Shown: positions 1 through 7,200 of the stretch, one piece after another
Layout of the letters: the number at the start of each line of letters is the position of its first letter
How positions within the stretch are numbered: position 1 is the stretch's first letter
Source: an uncultured Verrucomicrobiales bacterium
Lineage (GTDB): Bacteria; Verrucomicrobiota; Verrucomicrobiia; Verrucomicrobiales; Akkermansiaceae
DNA length: 64,000 bases
Assembly (NCBI GenBank): GCA_937916505.1
Contig: CALFSW010000050.1
Coordinates: forward strand, 173 to 64,172
Direction of reading: 5' to 3'
Translations under genes and position numbers: made by a program
The notes under the pieces: generated by a model
What the model saw: only the letters and a program-made list of their open reading frames with translations
Told to the model about the DNA's origin: nothing
Databases searched by the model: none

Positions 1-2029
1 GTTCGGGGAGGTTTTCGGCGAGTTTACGGTGGAGGGTTTGGAGGGTGAACTCGGCGCGACGTTCGTGGGAGGATCTCGCCAGGAGGAGGGCGAGGTGGGT
101 GAAGGGGGGATAGCCGAATTGTTGACGCATCTCCAATTCCTGGGCGACGAAGCCATCGAAGTCGTGGTGTCTTGCGAACTGGATGGAGGGACTGTGGGGA
201 GTGGAGGTTTGAATGATGACTTCGCCAGCCAAGTCGCCACGACCGGCTCGACCGGCGACCTGGGTGAGGAGTTGGAAGGTCCGTTCGCCGGCGCGGAAGT
301 CGGGGGCGTAGAGGGAGAGGTCGGCATTGAGGACGCCGACGAGGGTGACGTTGGGGAAGTCGAGTCCCTTGGCGATCATCTGGGTGCCGAGGAGGATGTT
401 GATCTTCTTGGCACGGAAATCGCGGAGGGTGTCGCGGAGGGTGTTTTTTCGGCGGGTGGTGTCGGTGTCGAGTCGGGCGATCTTGGCAGTGGGGAAGACT
501 TTACGGAGAATGATTTCGGCTTTTTCGGTGCCGTAACCCTGCTGACGGATGGCGGGGTCTTTGCAGTTGGGGCAGAGGCGGGGGACGATTGATTGGAAGC
601 CGCAGATGTGGCAGACGAGGCGTTCTTCACTGCGGTGGTAGGTGAGGGGGATGGCGCAGTGGTTGCACTCGATGACGTGGCCGCAGGGGGGACACTGAAG
701 GGAGCGGGCGAAGCCGCGGCGGTTGAGGAAGACGATGACTTGTTCGTTCGCTTCGAGGCGTTTCTCGATGGAAGTACGAAGGATATCAGAGATGATGGCA
801 TCTCGGCCCTTGTGTTTCTTGGCCTCGATGCGCATGTCGACGACGCGTGTCAGGGGGAGGGAGGCTCCGTCGGCGCGTTCGGTGAGTTTGACGAGTTGGT
901 ATTTGCCGAGTCGGGTGTTTTGGAAGGTCTCGAGCGAGGGGGTGGCGGAGCCGAGAATGACGGTGCACTTTTCGAGGTGGCAGCGAACGACGGCGAGATC
1001 CCGGGCGTGGTATTTGGGCGGGTTTTCCTGTTTGTAGGCGGGTTCGTGTTCTTCATCGACGATGATGAGACCGGGGTTTTGGAGGGGCGCGAAGATGGCG
1101 GAGCGGGCTCCGATGACGATGCGGGCTTTGCCGGAGCGGATGCGGTGCCATTCGTCAAAACGCTCGCCTTGGGAAAGATGGGAGTGGAGGACAGCGATTT
1201 GGTCGACGAGTTCGTGGAAGCGGGCCTTGAAGCGCTGGACGGTTTGGGGGGCGAGGGCGATCTCGGGGACGAGGACGATGACTTGTTTGCCGAGATCGAG
1301 GGTGGCCCGGGTGGCCTGGAGGTAGACTTCGGTTTTACCGGAGCCGGTGATGCCGTGGAGGAGGATGGGGGAGGGCTTGTCGGAGTTGAGGCTTTTGAGG
1401 ACGGTTTCGTGAATTTCGGCTTGTTCGTCGTTGAGGGTGAGGGGCTCGGTGGGGACGAAGGTTTCGTTGGCATCGGGGTCGCGGCGGACCTCGAGGTCGA
1501 TGATTTTGACCCAGCCTTTTTCGGCGAGGGCTTTCAGGGAAGCGGAGGCGGAGGGGCCACCGAGATCGGTGATGGGGACGGGCTTGTCGGAAACGGAGAG
1601 GAGGGTGATGATTTGGTGTTGTCGCTTGGCGCGTTTGGCGAGGGTGGCGAGTTCTTCTTCGGAAGGAGGGTTTTCGAGCACGGCGGCGCGGCGGGTTTTG
1701 GCGGAGCCTTTTTCGCCCCGGATGGACGAGGGGATGATGGAGCGGATGACTTGTTCGAGGGGCGTGCCGTAGTAGGAGGAGATCCACTCGGCGAGCTTCA
1801 GGAGAGGCGGGGTGACGAGGGGTTCGGGATCGACGAGGTCGGTGAGGTAGCGGAGGGCGAAGTCGCCTTGGGGCTTGTCGGCAATACGGAGGACGGTGCC
1901 GGTGGCGGGGCGGTTGCGCAGGGGAATGCGAACGCGGCAGCCGGGGAGGACGTTGAGATTGTCGGGGATGGCGTAGTCGAAGACGAGTTCGGAGGGGCCG
2001 TCGATGAGAACGCTGGCGGAGAGAGGCAT
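1..2029 (-). CDS. priA: primosomal protein N' (PriA replication-restart helicase); C-terminus runs off the window start
   Basis: Absent from the ORF track because it has no stop inside the window. Manual translation of the minus strand from ATG 2029-2027 gives MPLSASVLIDGPSELVFDYAIP... It has Walker A LHGITGSGKTEVY, a DEEH box (IIVDEEHE) and Cys-rich zinc motifs CPPCG..CNHC..CHICG..CPNC. The + strand ORFs 29..592 and 593..2104 are its G/E/D-rich antisense shadows. Confidence 0.9.
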   Translation of the reverse strand, partial: MPLSASVLIDGPSELVFDYAIPDNLNVLPGCRVRIPLRNRPATGTVLRIADKPQGDFALRYLTDLVDPEPLVTPPLLKLAEWISSYYGTPLEQVIRSIIPSSIRGEKGSAKTRRAAVLENPPSEEELATLAKRAKRQHQIITLLSVSDKPVPITDLGGPSASASLKALAEKGWVKIIDLEVRRDPDANETFVPTEPLTLNDEQAEIHETVLKSLNSDKPSPILLHGITGSGKTEVYLQATRATLDLGKQVIVLVPEIALAPQTVQRFKARFHELVDQIAVLHSHLSQGERFDEWHRIRSGKARIVIGARSAIFAPLQNPGLIIVDEEHEPAYKQENPPKYHARDLAVVRCHLEKCTVILGSATPSLETFQNTRLGKYQLVKLTERADGASLPLTRVVDMRIEAKKHKGRDAIISDILRTSIEKRLEANEQVIVFLNRRGFARSLQCPPCGHVIECNHCAIPLTYHRSEERLVCHICGFQSIVPRLCPNCKDPAIRQQGYGTEKAEIILRKVFPTAKIARLDTDTTRRKNTLRDTLRDFRAKKINILLGTQMIAKGLDFPNVTLVGVLNADLSLYAPDFRAGERTFQLLTQVAGRAGRGDLAGEVIIQTSTPHSPSIQFARHHDFDGFVAQELEMRQQFGYPPFTHLALLLARSSHERRAEFTLQTLHRKLAENLPE

Positions 2030-2160
2030 GCTTTGGGAGATTGGGTGAGGCGGTGGACGTTGGATGGTGGGAGGGAGACCTGGCGGTTGCCGTTTAGCTC
2101 TTAGCCGTTGGTTTTTTTGAGCGAAGCTGCGCTTCGGGTGTTTTGGCTATAAGCCAAGCG

Positions 2161-2997
2161 CTAAAGGTCATTAGCCGGGTGGTTCGAGTGGCTTTTGATG
2201 GGGAGGGTTAGCGGAGGGTGACTTTTAGGCGGTAGAAGCGTTTTTGAGTCGAGGGGAAGACTGTGAAGGTTTGTTGGGTGAAGCGGGAGTTGGGGGGATT
2301 CGGATATTGGTTTGGTGAGTGGGGTCCAGGAGAGCAGGTCGGTGGAAGTTTGGAGGACTTGGATGAGGTCGTCTGCGGCTAAATTTCTTGGGACGATGAC
2401 GCCATTGACAATCGGGATGAGGGCTTGTTCCTGGAGAGAATAGTCGAGGAGGTCGCCGCCGGGGAAGGTGGTGGAGTCGGTGGTGCCGGGGTTGCCACCA
2501 AGGTCGGTCGAGGAACGCCAACTGGTGGGGTTGTTGGGGGGGAGCTTGTTTGCAGGGCTGATGCGGACGAGGGAGAATCCGCCGCCATCGGGAGCTTCCG
2601 GCCAGGGGTGTTCGTCATTGTAGGTGAGTTTACAGGTGCCGTTGAGCGAATCGTAGCGGAGGGCAAAGAAATACCAGTTGCCGTTGGAGAGGGTGAGGGG
2701 GCTGGAAACGGAAGTGTTGGAGGAACCGTTGCCATCGCGAAGGAGAGCACGGACTTTGTTGCCGGAGCTGCCGAGGTCGATGCGGATGCCCGAGCCGTCG
2801 TTGCCGGTGGCGTGGGGGGAGGGGAAGCCTTTGGTGGGGGTGGCAGAGCCGATGAGGGTGCCGTGGTTGTTGCCAAGGGAGTCTGTGACAAGGGTGGAGG
2901 GGCCGGTTTCGTCGAGAGCGTAGTGGGCGACCAAGTCCGCCTTGGCCGAAAAGAGGAGGAAAAGAAGAGGGAGGATGGAGAGAAGTGATTTCGTCAT
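2161..2997 (-). CDS. secreted LamG/concanavalin-like lectin-domain protein; C-terminus apparently frameshifted
   Basis: Signal peptide MTKSLLSILPLLFLLFSAKA. The opening DLVAHYALDE...DSLGNNHGTL is typical of LamG-type modules in PVC secreted proteins. The last ~48 aa are P/S/L/H low-complexity, while an alternative frame carries a conserved tail (see finding). Confidence 0.6.
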   Translation of the reverse strand: MTKSLLSILPLLFLLFSAKADLVAHYALDETGPSTLVTDSLGNNHGTLIGSATPTKGFPSPHATGNDGSGIRIDLGSSGNKVRALLRDGNGSSNTSVSSPLTLSNGNWYFFALRYDSLNGTCKLTYNDEHPWPEAPDGGGFSLVRISPANKLPPNNPTSWRSSTDLGGNPGTTDSTTFPGGDLLDYSLQEQALIPIVNGVIVPRNLAADDLIQVLQTSTDLLSWTPLTKPISESPQLPLHPTNLHSLPLDSKTLLPPKSHPPLTLPIKSHSNHPANDL

Positions 2998-3131
2998 GCG
3001 CGGAAGGGGAAGCTAGGCCTTGGGGAGGGGGGCGGCAAGTTGGAGGACCCGGAAAATCAATCTCCGTGGGAGTGGTTCATTGAGTCGAGAAGCAAATACC
3101 GGATGTCTTGGTGGGAGAAGGGTGCTAAGAG

Positions 3132-4013
3132 TTGGAGGTGTTCGGATATTTCACACGCAGATTGGTGGGGTCGTTGCTTGGGAAGGTGATGGATCGGGTG
3201 GTCAAGGATCCTACGAGTCCCGATTACGTGATGGCGGGGGATCAAGAGGATGAGGGACCGCAGGAGTTTCGAATGGTGGGTGCGATTGGGAAGGAGAGTT
3301 TTCGGGAATTTGTGGCTGAATTGGACGGGACTTTGGAGAAGTCGTTTCGGCCGGGGCAGTTGAATACCTTGATGGGGAAGGTTTCGAATCTTGGGCAGGG
3401 CGAGTCGCTGTCGTCCCTTTTTTCGTTGAGTTATCGTGGACAGGCGTCGGCCTTGCAGATGGCGGCGGAAGGGGAGGAGACCTCACTTTACGTGAGAATG
3501 GAGGGAAGTGGTCCGGTGATGGAGTTGGTTGCGGAGAAGTTTGGTCCCCGGATTCAAGCGACGGTGGAGCTTGCGAGGCTGCGGGAAGTAGAGGTGGGGT
3601 CGCCTCGGTATGAGGAATTGCTGCGCCTTCGGTTTCTAGAGCTGAGGTTACCGCTGGGTCTTCGTTGGACGGTGGATGATTTAAAGTGGGAGCAGGTGGA
3701 GCGGCACTTTGGTCTCTATCTACTGGATCAACCAGTGGCGGTGGTGGCGGTGAGGGAACTTGCAGAGGGCTCGGTGAAATTAAGACAAATCGCGACTGCG
3801 AAGGCCTATCAGGGGAAAGGATTTGGACGTCGGCTGATGGCGCTGATTGAGGAACAGCTCGCCGGGGAAGGCGTTCATACCTGCGAACTTAATTCTCGAA
3901 TGAACGTGGCGGACTTTTACGAGAAGCTCGGCTTCGAGCGGGAAGAGGAGGTGTTTGAGGAGATTGGAATTCCGCATATTAAGATGGAGAAGAGGCTTAT
4001 CCCGAATGGGTGA
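3132..4013 (+). CDS. GNAT-family N-acetyltransferase with ~150-aa N-terminal region of unknown function
   Basis: The C-terminal part has the GNAT acetyl-CoA motif (RQIATAKAYQGKGFGRRLMALIEE ... FYEKLGFE). The start is uncertain: 3132 is TTG and the first ATG is at 3189. Confidence 0.7.
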   Translation: MEVFGYFTRRLVGSLLGKVMDRVVKDPTSPDYVMAGDQEDEGPQEFRMVGAIGKESFREFVAELDGTLEKSFRPGQLNTLMGKVSNLGQGESLSSLFSLSYRGQASALQMAAEGEETSLYVRMEGSGPVMELVAEKFGPRIQATVELARLREVEVGSPRYEELLRLRFLELRLPLGLRWTVDDLKWEQVERHFGLYLLDQPVAVVAVRELAEGSVKLRQIATAKAYQGKGFGRRLMALIEEQLAGEGVHTCELNSRMNVADFYEKLGFEREEEVFEEIGIPHIKMEKRLIPNG

Positions 4014-4377
4014 GCTTGATTCCGAGGAAGACGGCGGCGATGCCGAGAATGACGGAGAGAGCGATCTTAAGGATGGCAAGGTGGGTGAGTCCGGTGGTCC
4101 AGAGTGAGTGGGTGTCTTTGGCGAAGGTGGAGAAAGTGGTGAAGCCGCCGAGAAAACCGGTGGCGAGAAGGGGGAAGACCCAGGCGGGAGTGGATTTGTT
4201 GGTGAAGTAGCCGAAGAGGCAGCCGATGAAAAAACAACCAAGGATATTACAGGTGAGGATGCCTGTGGGAAAGCGGTGGAGAGACGTTTTTTCAGTGAGG
4301 GTTTGGATTCCGGAGGAGAGGCCATAGCGGGCGAGGGAGCCTAGACCTCCGCCGAGGAAAACCAGAAGGGCATTCAT
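3997..4377 (-). CDS. crcB: fluoride ion channel CrcB/FluC
   Basis: 126 aa with four predicted TM segments. CrcB signatures GGGLGSLARY and GFLGGFTTFSTF are present. The start overlaps the trpF stop (ATGA). Confidence 0.9.
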   Translation of the reverse strand: MNALLVFLGGGLGSLARYGLSSGIQTLTEKTSLHRFPTGILTCNILGCFFIGCLFGYFTNKSTPAWVFPLLATGFLGGFTTFSTFAKDTHSLWTTGLTHLAILKIALSVILGIAAVFLGIKLTHSG

Positions 4378-5024
4378 GAGTCCTGATTGACGAGGGTGAG
4401 GAGGGCGCGGACTTTATCGAGATCTTTAATGCCGGGGGAGATTTCAGCTCCGGAGGCGATATCGAGGGCGGCGGGGTGAACGGTGTTGAGGGCCTCGGCG
4501 GCATTGTCGGGGGTGAGACCGCCGGCAAGGATGAGGGGGATTTGAGGGTGGCCTTGGGCGAAGTCGCGGGCGAGGGACCAGTCGAAGGTTTTGCCGGTGC
4601 CGCCGTAATCGGAGCCGGCGGGGGTATCGATGAGGAGGGCGAAGTTTTCGCGGGGGAGTTCGTAGTCGGGGAGTTTGGTCGCGGAGACCGCACGGATGAC
4701 GGGAATGTTTTGATTGAGGAAGAAGGAGATGTCGTCGGGACTCTCGTCGCCGTGGAGTTGGACGACGTCGATGAGGCATTCGTCGAAGAGGTCGAGGGCG
4801 AGGGGGCGGGAGTTGTTGACGAAGACGCCGACGCGGAGGATATCGCCCGCGACGTGCGAGACGATGGTGGAGGCTTTTTTGGGAGAGCAGTATCGTTTTG
4901 AGGGGGGCCAGAAGTTGATGCCGAGGGCGGAGACCCCGAGTTCAGCCAAATGGGTGGCGTCGGCCAAGGTGGTGACGCCACAGATTTTGAGGGAAGGCTT
5001 TGATGAGAAGAATTCGGGGAGCAT
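4374..5024 (-). CDS. trpF: N-(5'-phosphoribosyl)anthranilate isomerase
   Basis: LKICGVT..., GINFWPPSKRY, VQLHGDE, GGTGKTFDW and LAGGLTPDN are classic TrpF motifs. Length is 216 aa. Confidence 0.9.
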   Translation of the reverse strand: MLPEFFSSKPSLKICGVTTLADATHLAELGVSALGINFWPPSKRYCSPKKASTIVSHVAGDILRVGVFVNNSRPLALDLFDECLIDVVQLHGDESPDDISFFLNQNIPVIRAVSATKLPDYELPRENFALLIDTPAGSDYGGTGKTFDWSLARDFAQGHPQIPLILAGGLTPDNAAEALNTVHPAALDIASGAEISPGIKDLDKVRALLTLVNQDS

Positions 5025-5243
5025 CGGTGCGAGGTTAACAGGGATTTTGGCTGATTGAAACGCGAAGACGGGGAGGGAGGAAGTTTTTTGGGTGGGGTCC
5101 CAGGTTGAAGGCTAGCTCGGTGTGGTGGGGAATTGGAGGGGGAAACCGGGTCATACAGGAGATCGGTGGTGGGTTTGATTCGGAATTGGAGGGGGGTTGG
5201 AGAGAATTCTTGATGCTTTGGGAAAGTTAAATACTCTCTCCCC

Positions 5244-7097
5244 ATGGCCGCTGCCGCGAGTTACACCGAAGACGACATCAAGAGCCTCGACTGGAGGGAA
5301 CATATTCGTTTGCGCCCGGGGATGTACATTGGAAAGCTGGGAGACGGTTCCTCGCCGGAAGATGGGATCTATATTCTCTTGAAGGAGGCGATGGACAACT
5401 CAGTGGATGAGTTTGTGATGGGGCATGGCAAGGAAATCACGATTGATATCGATGCCGAGGGACGGGTGGAGGTGCGGGACTACGGGCGGGGGATTCCGCT
5501 TGGGAAGCTGATGGACTGTGCGGCCAAGATCAACACGGGTGCGAAATATGATAGCGAGGCTTTTAAGAAGTCGGTCGGCCTGAACGGGGTGGGAATCAAG
5601 GCGGTGAATGCGTTGAGCGAGTTTTTTGAAATCCAGGCATGGAGAGAAGGGAAGACGAAGGCGATTGAGTTTTCAAAAGGAGAAGTGGTGGAGGAGATGG
5701 TCAAGCCGAAGGCGGATGGATCGGAGCCAGGAACGCGATTGGCCTTTGATGTCGATCGATCGGTTTTTCCGAAACGGACAAATTACAGGGCTCCCTTCGT
5801 GGAGAAGATGTGCCGGTATTATTCCTACCTGAATCCCGGGTTGGCGTTGGTCTTCAACGGGAAGAAGTTCAAATCAAGGAACGGGTTGCTGGATTTGTTG
5901 AAGGAAGAGATGGACGAGGCCCCTCTCTATGATCCGATTCACTTGAATGGCAATGATATCGACGTGGCCTTCACCCACGGCCCGGGCAGCAGTGAGGATT
6001 ATTACTCCTTTGTCAACGGTCAGAATACCACCCAGGGCGGGACTCATTTGGCAGCCTTTCGAGAGGCGATGGTGAAGGTGATCCGGGAGTTCTTTAAGAA
6101 GAATTACGATCCTTCGGATATCCGGGCCGGTCTCACCGGAGCGATTTCGGTGAGGATCGAGGAGCCGGTTTTCGAGAGCCAGACCAAGACCAAGCTGGGT
6201 TCGGCCACGGTTTCTCCCGACGGGGAAACGGTCAGGACGTTCATTGGCAGCTTTTTGAAGGAGGAGCTGGATAACTTCCTCCACAAGCATCCTCCGGTGG
6301 CCGAGGCGATGCACAAAAGAATTCTCGCCGCCGAGAAGGAGCGGAAGGAGCTCAGCGGCGTCAAAAAGCTGGCCCGTGACCGTGCCCGCCAGACCAAGGT
6401 TCACAACAAGAAGCTCCGTGACTGTCGGGCGCACCTCAATACGAAGCACAAGCGGCGTGAGGATACGACGGTGTTTCTGACCGAGGGAGATTCGGCGAGT
6501 GGTTCGATCACGAAGTGCCGCGATGTTGAGACCCAGGCTGTTTTCTCTCTTCGGGGAAAGCCTTTGAATACTTTTTCGCTGACCAAAAAAGTGGTTTATG
6601 AGAACGAGGAATTCGCGCTCTTGCAAGCGGCTCTGGGAATTGAGGATGACATTGAGTCACTGAGATTCAATCGGGTGGTGATCGCGACCGATGCCGATGT
6701 TGATGGGATGCATATCCGTCTCCTTTTGTTGACGTTCTTTTTGCAGTTTTTCCCCGAGTTGATCCGGGAGGGGCATCTCTACATTTTGCAGACTCCGCTT
6801 TTCCGGGTGCGGAACAAAAAGAAGACGATCTATTGTTACGATGACGATGAACGCGAGGCCGCGATGACGGAACTAGGCCGGAATCCCGAGATCACGCGAT
6901 TCAAGGGATTGGGTGAAATTTCGCCTGACGAGTTCAAGTTCATGATTGGGAAGGACATCCGTCTTGATCCGGTTCAGATGGAAGAGGGGAAGGGTCTTAA
7001 AGAAATGCTGACCTTTTACATGGGGAAAAACACACCCGACCGTCAGGGATTCATCATCGATAATCTGCGCGACGACGTGGATTCAGCGGAAGTTTAG
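5244..7097 (+). CDS. parE: type IIA topoisomerase subunit B, topoisomerase IV ParE-like
   Basis: GHKL ATPase motifs ([25 protein letters not shown]) and TOPRIM motifs ([21 protein letters not shown]). The 617 aa lack a GyrB-type insertion. The partner A subunit lies at 9871. Confidence 0.8.
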   Translation: MAAAASYTEDDIKSLDWREHIRLRPGMYIGKLGDGSSPEDGIYILLKEAMDNSVDEFVMGHGKEITIDIDAEGRVEVRDYGRGIPLGKLMDCAAKINTGAKYDSEAFKKSVGLNGVGIKAVNALSEFFEIQAWREGKTKAIEFSKGEVVEEMVKPKADGSEPGTRLAFDVDRSVFPKRTNYRAPFVEKMCRYYSYLNPGLALVFNGKKFKSRNGLLDLLKEEMDEAPLYDPIHLNGNDIDVAFTHGPGSSEDYYSFVNGQNTTQGGTHLAAFREAMVKVIREFFKKNYDPSDIRAGLTGAISVRIEEPVFESQTKTKLGSATVSPDGETVRTFIGSFLKEELDNFLHKHPPVAEAMHKRILAAEKERKELSGVKKLARDRARQTKVHNKKLRDCRAHLNTKHKRREDTTVFLTEGDSASGSITKCRDVETQAVFSLRGKPLNTFSLTKKVVYENEEFALLQAALGIEDDIESLRFNRVVIATDADVDGMHIRLLLLTFFLQFFPELIREGHLYILQTPLFRVRNKKKTIYCYDDDEREAAMTELGRNPEITRFKGLGEISPDEFKFMIGKDIRLDPVQMEEGKGLKEMLTFYMGKNTPDRQGFIIDNLRDDVDSAEV

Positions 7098-7200
7098 GGA
7101 GGTGACGGACTCGTCACGCATCTGGGGATTTGCGATGACGAAAAAAGAGGGTAGAAAGCGCACGGAACCTGCTTAGGTTCCCATCAACCGCTAACTATCA

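Noticed and set aside
376-1787. P/S/T/R-rich minus-strand ORFs (376..801, 850..1473, 1335..1787), and the many similar P/S-rich ORFs throughout the track.
   Set aside because: They are off-frame readings of real genes. They are low-complexity, and every one overlaps a better-supported frame.
29-2104. Long + strand ORFs (187 aa and 503 aa), extremely rich in G/E/D/A/V.
   Set aside because: They are antisense shadows of priA, which reads cleanly on the minus strand with helicase and zinc-finger motifs. Their composition is typical of the reverse frame of a GC-rich gene.
2100-2140. Hairpin CGAAGC-tgc-GCTTCG between the LamG gene and priA.
   Set aside because: The T-run lies on the wrong side for a minus-strand terminator, and there is no + strand gene upstream to terminate.
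5874-6626. 250-aa minus-strand ORF inside parE.
   Set aside because: It is antisense to a well-supported topoisomerase gene and has R/L/G-rich composition with no motifs. The same reasoning applies to 10669..11706 (in parC), 14369..15097 (in rhaEW), 23778..24773 (in recA), 32874..33755, 34107..35063, 44375..45154, 45273..46154 and 22926..23549.
7102-7181. Two small hairpins after parE (GTGACG-gact-CGTCAC and GGAACC-tgctta-GGTTCC).
   Set aside because: The stems are short and have no U-tract, so they cannot be distinguished from chance. I did not call them terminators.
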